From positions 64,001-128,000 of IMG/VR virus record IMGVR_UViG_3300044684_000278: DNA of 64,000 nucleotides; one strand, given 5' to 3'. This document shows, piece after piece, positions 9,136-16,429 of the stretch. The notes beneath the pieces were generated by a model. It did no database searches and was not told the origin of the DNA. It saw nothing but the letters and a program-made list of their open reading frames with translations. A program made the position numbers and the translations under genes. The first letter of the stretch is position 1, and each line of letters starts with the position of its first letter. The DNA comes from a virus.

Positions 9136-9208
9136 TGCGGAGAGAAAGATTCGAACTGACGACCTTCCGGGTATAAGCCGGATGCTCTATCCACTGAGCT
9201 ATCTCCGC
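9136..9208 (-). tRNA. tRNA-Ile(UAU), T-stem with two mismatches
   Basis: GCGGAGA/TCTCCGC acceptor, GCTC/GAGC D-stem, TCCGG-CTTATAC-CCGGA anticodon arm, TTCGAAT T-loop; no encoded CCA. Confidence 0.75.
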
Positions 9209-9252
9209 ATGTAGTAAGAGCCAGAAGTTAATCCGGCTCTTAAATAAGTTAA

Positions 9253-9612
9253 TTATTCAGCTGAGTTGAATTCAGCAAGAATACCAGAGAAGTAAGCTAT
9301 TGAGTCCTCTGTGGCTGCTTCTACAGCAATAGCATTCTCCAGATTTTCCTGGGCACGCACAATACCTTGTACATAGGCTTTATTATCACTAAACAAGTTA
9401 GTGGGATACTTAGCTGCAGCCAATGCTTCTTCTGCTGACTCCACTGCGTTCTCGTCATCAACGAGTTTGGCTTTCAGAGCGGCTACCTGGCCTTCCAAGG
9501 CAGATACAGCTTTACGGGCAATTTTACCAGCTAATGCTTCAGTGTCATCACCTTTTAAACGGTTAAGAATTCCAGCTACTAAAATGGTCTTTTTTGATGT
9601 GTTTTTTGACAT
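9253..9612 (-). CDS. Ala-rich coiled-coil protein
   Basis: 119 aa helical composition. Confidence 0.75.
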   Translation of the reverse strand: MSKNTSKKTILVAGILNRLKGDDTEALAGKIARKAVSALEGQVAALKAKLVDDENAVESAEEALAAAKYPTNLFSDNKAYVQGIVRAQENLENAIAVEAATEDSIAYFSGILAEFNSAE

Positions 9613-9617
9613 GGTTT

Positions 9618-11009
9618 TTACGGATTAAGGATTATTATTTTTGTTACTTGTTTCTTTTTGGTTAGTACTACGGGACTTTGATGACTAACCTGTGGCTGTC
9701 CCAGGGCTGCAGGTGTTTTTACGGGTAATGTGACAGGAGTGTTATCGGGCTGAGGGGATGGATTAACAGGGTAACAGAATGAATCCAATATTCTGATGTT
9801 TGCTGATTCATATATACCCAGATCTGCAGGCGTGATTTCTACATTGGTATTTTTATCAAACCATTTTCTGTCATTGCCTAAGAAGGATAGAGTCAGGTTG
9901 TCGGAAAATAGTGCATAAGAATCAGTATACATAACCCGTCTTTCATTTAATCCCCACTTATGACCTAATTCAAACAACTTTTCCTGCACTCTTCTGGAGA
10001 GATCAGGGTTATTTCCAGTCCAGATCTTGAAGTGGTTTGGCAGCTTTGATACCGGCTTCTCATCCTGGATGATTTCAGCCCACTGATAACCTGTAAATAT
10101 TTGTATCTCTTTCAAGGTACTTCCTTCTACTGTACAGATAACACTTTTTAAACTTTCCACTTTCGGGACTCCAACAATTGTATAGGTATCACCTGAAATA
10201 AATCCCTTTACTTTAGTACCAATAGGATATTTTCTCTTAGCTTCAGCTAACAGCTCTTCTTTTGGATCAGGTCTTACTTCCTGGGATAGTTGTTCTACTT
10301 TCTTAGCCCAGCCTTTATCTGATTGCCATACTACTCCTCCCCAACCATCTGTAATAAAAGATGAATTGTTGCTATCATGATAACCCCATACTTCTTTGTG
10401 TGTACACGGCTCTTTTGGATGGCCACTGACAGAGTAATACTTTGTACCCTCAGGATAGTTCTTTTCAGCCTCAATGAGTAATGCCTGATGATGCAGTGTT
10501 TTAGCACCACGTTTGGCATATCCTGGTTTAACAAGTTGAGGCTTATCATACTCTTCAAACTCTGATTCCAACATTGTCAGGGAAGAATGAAATGAGCATT
10601 CAACTTCTATTCTATGACACGGGTAGTCAGAATTATAATCATGGTATCTTATAACTTTTCCTGTTTTACCTTCTTCATCAAAATGCCAAAAGCAATAAGG
10701 ACCTTTTTTAAAAGTAACAGTATCCCCGATCTTAAATCTTAGCTCTGGTTCCTTTTTTTCTCCCTTAGCAGGTTGAATAATCTCAGCCCAGTATCCCATA
10801 CTATAGATCCTGGCTGTTTTCCTGTCTTCTGGGTTAGGAGCTACATCAACATATACATCCTGTCCTACCCAGTCAGAGGGGACATTTCTGAGACTCTTAA
10901 AGGGATTATCTGCTACTGTAAACTCTCTACCTTTTACAAGGTCTTTGAAACGGGCACCAGGGACAAATCCTTTTTGTTCAGCCCTGGCCGTAAATTCACT
11001 TTTTCTCAT
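9618..11009 (-). CDS. modular repeat protein
   Basis: Three related modules (AEQKGFVPGA..WAEII; LLIEAEKNYPEGT..WAKKV; LLAEAKRKYPIGT..WAEII) plus an FKIGDTV SH3-like module. Confidence 0.8.
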   Translation of the reverse strand: MRKSEFTARAEQKGFVPGARFKDLVKGREFTVADNPFKSLRNVPSDWVGQDVYVDVAPNPEDRKTARIYSMGYWAEIIQPAKGEKKEPELRFKIGDTVTFKKGPYCFWHFDEEGKTGKVIRYHDYNSDYPCHRIEVECSFHSSLTMLESEFEEYDKPQLVKPGYAKRGAKTLHHQALLIEAEKNYPEGTKYYSVSGHPKEPCTHKEVWGYHDSNNSSFITDGWGGVVWQSDKGWAKKVEQLSQEVRPDPKEELLAEAKRKYPIGTKVKGFISGDTYTIVGVPKVESLKSVICTVEGSTLKEIQIFTGYQWAEIIQDEKPVSKLPNHFKIWTGNNPDLSRRVQEKLFELGHKWGLNERRVMYTDSYALFSDNLTLSFLGNDRKWFDKNTNVEITPADLGIYESANIRILDSFCYPVNPSPQPDNTPVTLPVKTPAALGQPQVSHQSPVVLTKKKQVTKIIILNP

Positions 11010-11020
11010 GTTCCTCCTTT

Positions 11021-11179
11021 CTATGGACTCATTTGATACTCATCAAAATCCATGACCAGGAAATAGGCCAGGATCAGTGTTAAAACAATAGCAAGCCACA
11101 TTTCAGGCTGACCTCTTAAGATCAGGATGACGGGCAATAGGGTAAGGATGGCTATAATACGGAGTATAATAATCACCAT
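11021..11179 (-). CDS. 52-aa two-TM peptide
   Basis: Manual: MVIIILRIIAILTLLPVILILRGQPEMWLAIVLTLILAYFLVMDFDEYQMSP. Confidence 0.55.
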   Translation of the reverse strand: MVIIILRIIAILTLLPVILILRGQPEMWLAIVLTLILAYFLVMDFDEYQMSP

Positions 11180-11196
11180 AAGTGTTCTTTTACCCC

Positions 11197-11403
11197 TCAT
11201 AACCTATCCCTTTCTTGAAATTCATCCCGGAAGCTATCCAGGCTGGTAGCTATCCATAAAAGCATAAGCAGGATCAGGTACAGAAAAGTAGCTGTAATAA
11301 TATCCCCGGCAGACAGCTTGATCTGTAAAAACAGGGGAACAAGAAGTGCTATGGATATATAAAAGATCGTGCAGTAGCAAAATAACGTATTGAATGTTCT
11401 CAT
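11197..11403 (-). CDS. two-TM small protein
   Basis: 68 aa hydrophobic. Confidence 0.6.
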   Translation of the reverse strand: MRTFNTLFCYCTIFYISIALLVPLFLQIKLSAGDIITATFLYLILLMLLWIATSLDSFRDEFQERDRL

Positions 11404-11468
11404 AATGCCAGGATATGTCCAAGGGTTAAGAGTAGCCCCAGGATGTATACGATAAAGAATGTTTTCAT
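11400..11468 (-). CDS. 22-aa hydrophobic peptide
   Basis: Manual: MKTFFIVYILGLLLTLGHILAL; exactly fills the gap with ATGA overlaps on both sides. Confidence 0.5.
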   Translation of the reverse strand: MKTFFIVYILGLLLTLGHILAL

Positions 11469-11806
11469 GATTGTTTCAGTTTTTCAGAGAGCTGGTCTAA
11501 TGCAGTCTCTATTTTGTCAATGATATGTGGATTTGTTAGCTGACTGATGTTAACGGGTCTGTTTACTTTGTCATAAGCCTCTCTTTCATAATCTTCAGCA
11601 TATCTCCAGGAATAGGATTTCCCTGCAGCACGGTAATTCAAAGGATCAAAACAGATTCTTGTGTTACCATTTGTGTCATCTCCTCTTAAGTCTATTTCTG
11701 GCCGTAACCAGTCACAGTCCTCCCGTTGCTTAAAGACATAATTCTTTTTCCATGCTGGAAACGGTGTGTCTTCCAACAAGACAATATAATCTCCCTGCTT
11801 AAACAT
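11465..11806 (-). CDS. hypothetical protein with C-terminal ALDQLSEKL helix
   Basis: FKQGDYIV start, WRYAEDYEREAY..PV motif, shared C-terminus. Confidence 0.75.
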   Translation of the reverse strand: MFKQGDYIVLLEDTPFPAWKKNYVFKQREDCDWLRPEIDLRGDDTNGNTRICFDPLNYRAAGKSYSWRYAEDYEREAYDKVNRPVNISQLTNPHIIDKIETALDQLSEKLKQS

Positions 11807-12143
11807 CTTTCCCCCCTTTTAACTTGTCAGTTAGTTTATCCAAAGCCTGATCAAGCAGGTCTATTACTGGAGTATAGTCCACTTCTGAAACACGGACTGG
11901 GCCTCCATTCTTATTGTAAGCCTCTATCTCTTCTGTGGTAGCTGGACGAAGATCTTTCAGACAGAAGTTAACACACCAGCGATTGTCCTCCAAGATAGTG
12001 ATGAGATTCTTTTTAGCATAATCCCAGTCAAAATTGGGTGGCCAGGTACATTTACAGATTGTACCCACAAGGTGTGAGTAACTAAACTGATCATAGTTAG
12101 CAGACTTAATGACTACAATATCTCCGTTTTTTACTGTTTCCAT
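11799..12143 (-). CDS. hypothetical protein with C-terminal ALDKLTDKL helix
   Basis: KNGDIVV start, LRPATTEEIEAY..PV motif, shared C-terminus. Confidence 0.75.
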   Translation of the reverse strand: METVKNGDIVVIKSANYDQFSYSHLVGTICKCTWPPNFDWDYAKKNLITILEDNRWCVNFCLKDLRPATTEEIEAYNKNGGPVRVSEVDYTPVIDLLDQALDKLTDKLKGGKDV

Positions 12144-12190
12144 ACTGGTTCAGATTAAAGCCTGGAAGATGTCCCCCAGGCTTAATAGAG

Positions 12191-12367
12191 TTACACTTTC
12201 CGGACGGACAGCCGGTTGATACTTGGTCTGTCAGCAATACACAGATCACTGAACATGCTGCTGATTTCATCATGGATAGATTCCTGTGATAATTTGTTTT
12301 TTACCAGTACTTTACCGGTAATTCCAATGCCCAGTACCTTGACTGGTTTTCCATTTTGGTTTTTCAT
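12191..12367 (-). CDS. 58-aa hypothetical protein
   Basis: Manual: MKNQNGKPVKVLGIGITGKVLVKNKLSQESIHDEISSMFSDLCIADRPSINRLSVRKV. Confidence 0.5.
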   Translation of the reverse strand: MKNQNGKPVKVLGIGITGKVLVKNKLSQESIHDEISSMFSDLCIADRPSINRLSVRKV

Positions 12368-12597
12368 TGTTAATACGGATTGAGTTTTGAACTATTCCAC
12401 TATCTGCTACTTTGAATACACAGATGTTGGGTTACAGTAGTAAGAGACACAGTATCACTATACTGGAAGGCTGTGTCTTTTCTCCAGCTCAACTTACTAC
12501 TGTCATCACCTATTAGTGGGTGAAGATCTTTGTCATCCCGGACCTCGTCCGGATCCTGCTATAGAGCCAGGAGAATGAATCATGACTTTACCGGTGC

Positions 12598-13365
12598 TCA
12601 TGCTGCCTGATATGAATTGGCAAGGATCATATTGACCAGTGACTGGTGTCCGGCACCAAGTCTGTCAATACTTTCTTCGGGTTTGTCCTTTTGTTTGATG
12701 TAGATCATGGCTGCCTTGTAATCCACACGAATGTTCTCAAGGGTAAAATTCTCATCAAAGCCGTGCATTTGCTTGTTGAACAGTTCTATAAGCTTTGGGG
12801 TGGTACTATGCTCTATTTGCTGTATAAGTCTTTCTACGTACATAATATCATAGATCCGGTACATCTCCAGAAGCTTCAGTGTGTCAGCTTCATTGAGTAC
12901 TCCAGGATCTATACCCAGTGTCTTACGGAACTTTAAATACCGGACAATATCACTGAACAGCCTGGTATCCTTACTCATAAAGATCGGGAACGGCCCAGGT
13001 GTCAGGTTTTCATCCAGTAAGTAGTTTACATCCTTCACCTTCCCATTTTCCATGGTGATGTTGATGATGTCTCCTATACCATACATGAATTTCAGGGTAC
13101 CATCCAGGTTGTTTTCTGTGAAGGTATGATCCATCAGGAATTGCAGGGTCTCCTGGTCATTGAATGGCACGCCCATATGTTTTGCCATGAGCTTCATATA
13201 GAGCTGCATAGTGACAACCCATACGAGTTTCATGATAAATGACTTTCCTGTGCCGTTCTTTCCTACCAGGATGGCAAGCTCACGATACTCCATTTCTGAC
13301 ATATCCATCTTGAGTGGCTGTGTCAGGTTTACTGCTATTGTCTTTAAATGTCCTAATGAACTCAT
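12598..13365 (-). CDS. ABC-type (AAA_15/AAA_21-like) ATPase, truncated before Walker B
   Basis: Likely start MSSLGHL; Walker A ILVGKNGTGKS; signature-like LGAGHQ about 13 aa before the stop. Confidence 0.65.
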   Translation of the reverse strand: MSSLGHLKTIAVNLTQPLKMDMSEMEYRELAILVGKNGTGKSFIMKLVWVVTMQLYMKLMAKHMGVPFNDQETLQFLMDHTFTENNLDGTLKFMYGIGDIINITMENGKVKDVNYLLDENLTPGPFPIFMSKDTRLFSDIVRYLKFRKTLGIDPGVLNEADTLKLLEMYRIYDIMYVERLIQQIEHSTTPKLIELFNKQMHGFDENFTLENIRVDYKAAMIYIKQKDKPEESIDRLGAGHQSLVNMILANSYQAA

Positions 13366-13430
13366 AGTGGTTAAAATGATAAAGTTAAGAGCTTCCCATT
13401 GGCTCAGGACCTCCGGGAAACTCAAATGTT

Positions 13431-13598
13431 TTAAACAAGCTCTTCTATTTTCTCTTCTGTGGGTTGATTAAGCTTGATCTGCTTTTTCAGGTTCTTTCCC
13501 ATGATCAGGCTGTCATATGCCATCTTGCAAAGACCTCCTACAAAGAACAATACTGCAGCTACTGCAAGAGCTACCAGTAGATAATGAAATGCGTTCAT
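13431..13598 (-). CDS. 55-aa single-TM protein
   Basis: Manual: MNAFHYLLVALAVAAVLFFVGGLCKMAYDSLIMGKNLKKQIKLNQPTEEKIEELV. Confidence 0.6.
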   Translation of the reverse strand: MNAFHYLLVALAVAAVLFFVGGLCKMAYDSLIMGKNLKKQIKLNQPTEEKIEELV

Positions 13599-13646
13599 AG
13601 TAATAACGGATTAGTGGGTTAGTGATTCTGTTAATAACTTGATTTT

Positions 13647-13761
13647 TGGCTGGGATGCCCGGACTCGAACCGGGGACCTTCTGGTAACGTCGGCAATCAT
13701 CTGCAATAGATGAACATCGGAAATGCCAGTTGCTCTATCCCTCTTTCTGAGCTACATCCCA
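13647..13761 (-). ncRNA. 115-nt tRNA-like RNA with a 41-nt insert replacing the anticodon loop
   Basis: TGGGATG/CATCCCA acceptor then G-CCA, GCTC/GAGC D-stem (13-nt loop), CTGG/CCAG anticodon stem, AGGTC variable loop, CCCGG-TTCGAGT-CCGGG T-arm. Confidence 0.85.
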
Positions 13762-13792
13762 GTGTATGATAAAGCCAGGCTGATGTTCCTGG

Positions 13793-14191
13793 CTAAAAGA
13801 TTTTATGGATAAACGGGTTCAGCTCCTCAAGCTGGCTAACATTGAGCTTCTTAAACCACCTGTAGTATTTGATATACCAGTAACAGAAGTATGGATTAAG
13901 GAAGGTATAAAATGCATAATGGAGATGAGGGCCGTTCCATGGACCCCCTTTACCAAGAATAAAACACCCTGATTCCTGGTTAAAAGAGAATCCTCCGGTT
14001 CCGTAGATGAATGCTTTGTTATCCGGGATTGATCCACCCTGTGTAGCCTTATAGAAGGTTTTGTATTTAAGGGTATTATAGACAATCCTGTAAAACTTCA
14101 TGTCATTCCACAATACGTATGTGGAACAAAGGATTAATAACAGCAGGACAATACCTGATGCCATCAGGAAGGATAAAATGTAGTGATACAT
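13793..14191 (-). CDS. membrane-anchored hypothetical protein
   Basis: 132 aa, N-terminal TM, aromatic-rich C-terminus. Confidence 0.65.
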   Translation of the reverse strand: MYHYILSFLMASGIVLLLLILCSTYVLWNDMKFYRIVYNTLKYKTFYKATQGGSIPDNKAFIYGTGGFSFNQESGCFILGKGGPWNGPHLHYAFYTFLNPYFCYWYIKYYRWFKKLNVSQLEELNPFIHKIF

Positions 14192-14256
14192 GTTGATTAA
14201 AATAAAAGCCCAGGATGTAGAAACACCCCAGGCTAAACCGTCCGACTAAAATGAGT

Positions 14257-14556
14257 TTATACAGCAAGTTTCACAGTGCTGGTTCCTTTGCTTATTTCAG
14301 CCCCGTCATTCCCTATCTTAATGGTGTATCCATAAACAGATAGTTCAAATACCGGTGTCTGAGAAACAGGTTTTACTTCTGATTTCCTGTGGATCTGTGT
14401 ATAATAAGCAGCTTCACAAGCTCCAGCACTTCTGCCTAATAATTTGGCAGTTTCTCTGAATGCTTCATCTTTTGTTCTGCATTTCTGCAGCTGTTCTAAC
14501 AGTACAGTCCTCTCCTGGGAAGACCAAGTGTTACGATTTAAGGGTTTTCCTGACAT
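14257..14556 (-). CDS. Myb/SANT-like HTH protein
   Basis: WSSQERTVLL...AFRETAKLLGRSAGAC..AYY pattern. Confidence 0.6.
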   Translation of the reverse strand: MSGKPLNRNTWSSQERTVLLEQLQKCRTKDEAFRETAKLLGRSAGACEAAYYTQIHRKSEVKPVSQTPVFELSVYGYTIKIGNDGAEISKGTSTVKLAV

Positions 14557-14586
14557 GGATTATTATAAATGAATGAGTTAATGAGT

Positions 14587-14823
14587 TTATTTGATGCCGT
14601 GGTTCATATACATGAATACAGCATAGAAATAGACAAATACCATCAGGGTGAGTGTGATCAGCAGCCCGATGTTGTCCATTTGATCGAGGAAGTCATAGTC
14701 TTTCTCCATCAGTCCCCGTTTCTGGGTCTTGCGGATGAACCAACGATATAGTTTAATATCAAACACCGGATATAGCAGTGAGATAGGAAAAACAATGAGG
14801 ATGGTTAGGATTAGGGTTTTCAT
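14587..14823 (-). CDS. two-TM small protein
   Basis: 78 aa, coupled gene. Confidence 0.65.
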   Translation of the reverse strand: MKTLILTILIVFPISLLYPVFDIKLYRWFIRKTQKRGLMEKDYDFLDQMDNIGLLITLTLMVFVYFYAVFMYMNHGIK

Positions 14824-15089
14824 GATAAAACCTCCTCCGCATTAGATGTCAGTATTACTTCACTCATGGAGTCTTCAGTCCCGTTATCTACGTAGATGTA
14901 GAGCTTATCTGCTTCAATGTCTCCTACATAGGCTGTATCTCCTGAGAATCCTGTGTCTCTTAAGAGCTTAAAGGTATCCGGATCGTTTTCTTCCATCCTG
15001 TCCATGGATAATGGTGCCAATGGAAGAACCTGACCAAATGTTTTAATGTTTTCTTTTGCTACCTCTTTGGTGAATTTACGGTAGATCAT
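14820..15089 (-). CDS. hypothetical protein
   Basis: 89 aa ORF in gene run. Confidence 0.65.
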   Translation of the reverse strand: MIYRKFTKEVAKENIKTFGQVLPLAPLSMDRMEENDPDTFKLLRDTGFSGDTAYVGDIEADKLYIYVDNGTEDSMSEVILTSNAEEVLS

Positions 15090-15122
15090 AATGATATGGA
15101 TTATGTAAATGGATTGGGTTAA

Positions 15123-15437
15123 TTACTTATTTAGTTTCTTTTCAAGCTTGTTGAGGGCTGATTCTAACTGGTCTATAAGGGAAGACTCGTCCAGGACGAG
15201 CTTATCAAATTTAATCTGGGAAGCATTTTTATGACCATCCCAGATTAACTTAGCCCCAAGAGGTCTGCCGTCAGCTACTGAGTTCCAGACCCCTTTTATA
15301 GTGCCGTATTTCTTATCCTCCCAGTATTCCCAGTTGATAGCAGCATCAGTATGAAACGTTCCGTCTACTATTTCCTTGCGTGGTCTTACTCTTTTACCAG
15401 GAACACAGGTTTCCAATGTCAATAGTTGCTCTTCCAT
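15123..15437 (-). CDS. SH3-like protein with C-terminal ALNKLEKKL helix
   Basis: LLTLETCVPGKRVRP..GTI..WDG; paralog of next gene. Confidence 0.75.
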   Translation of the reverse strand: MEEQLLTLETCVPGKRVRPRKEIVDGTFHTDAAINWEYWEDKKYGTIKGVWNSVADGRPLGAKLIWDGHKNASQIKFDKLVLDESSLIDQLESALNKLEKKLNK

Positions 15438-15440
15438 AAG

Positions 15441-15743
15441 TTACTTACTTAGTTTCTGCTCCAGTGTGTCCAGAGCTGATTGTATGTTATTCCAGGAGAT
15501 GGGCACTGTTATAAGGGCAAGATCGTAGAACTCAAGATTGTGATATTCCTCTGCATCAGGTTTGTTGTCCCATACTACGTGTGCATAATTATTCTTATCA
15601 GGCATGTGAATAACAGTTCCTTCTGCATTGGGCCCTCCAATCTTTTTTATATACCTTTCAAAAGCAGGTTGATTCAGGTGGTGACTTGGCTTAACCCGTG
15701 TTCCTGGAACACAGGTTTCCTTAGTAAGCAATACTTCACTCAT
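15441..15743 (-). CDS. SH3-like protein with C-terminal ALDTLEQKL helix
   Basis: LLTKETCVPGTRVKP..GTV..VVWDN. Confidence 0.75.
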   Translation of the reverse strand: MSEVLLTKETCVPGTRVKPSHHLNQPAFERYIKKIGGPNAEGTVIHMPDKNNYAHVVWDNKPDAEEYHNLEFYDLALITVPISWNNIQSALDTLEQKLSK

Positions 15744-15745
15744 GG

Positions 15746-16060
15746 TTATAACTGCAACAGCCTGATTAGTTCTCTGAGATCCTCCCCGTACTCCATATTC
15801 CTGGTTAAGGTGATTACATCATCCTTATTCCTATCCGGGCTGGATCCTTCTCTAAGGAAAGCATAATACTCTCCCTTGCCTTTATCATTACACAGTGATA
15901 AAGACAATGCTTTAAAATGATGGAGATTCGTAGCTCCTGGAAAATCAGGAGTAAAGGTTTGATCTACCAGCACCAGCATATAGGACTCCTGGATAAGACT
16001 GGGAACATGCTTGAATCCCAGCTCGTGTAATAGTTTACCGGTGATCTTTGTCTTTTTCAT
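15746..16060 (-). CDS. hypothetical protein
   Basis: 104 aa, ITGKLLHELGF start. Confidence 0.7.
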   Translation of the reverse strand: MKKTKITGKLLHELGFKHVPSLIQESYMLVLVDQTFTPDFPGATNLHHFKALSLSLCNDKGKGEYYAFLREGSSPDRNKDDVITLTRNMEYGEDLRELIRLLQL

Positions 16061-16076
16061 AGCGGTATGTTTAAAA

Positions 16077-16346
16077 CTATTTTTGGATTACAAACCAGGT
16101 AGTTATTTTAAGGGCTTTTCTCCTGCTATCTGGTATACCTCTATACAACCCGTAAACCCTGCTCCAGCTGATAGCTTCATAGAGTAAGGAAAGCAGGGCT
16201 CTGTCTTTAAATACAATCCTGTAAAGGTGAGCACATTCTCTGGGATGTGAGTTATGTTTATCCTGAAGGCTCTCCAAAGAGGGAGCATAGACACCAGAGA
16301 TAAGCTTGAGAACTATTAATAGGCTTACAATTAGTAATGTGGTCAT
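16077..16346 (-). CDS. hypothetical protein with hydrophobic N-terminus
   Basis: 89 aa ORF in gene run. Confidence 0.5.
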   Translation of the reverse strand: MTTLLIVSLLIVLKLISGVYAPSLESLQDKHNSHPRECAHLYRIVFKDRALLSLLYEAISWSRVYGLYRGIPDSRRKALKITTWFVIQK

Positions 16347-16429
16347 GTTTTTATGAATTAATTAAACATCATTGTTTAAAGCAAATAAAAAGTTTCCCAT
16401 TGATATTATCTCCGGGAAACTCATAATCC

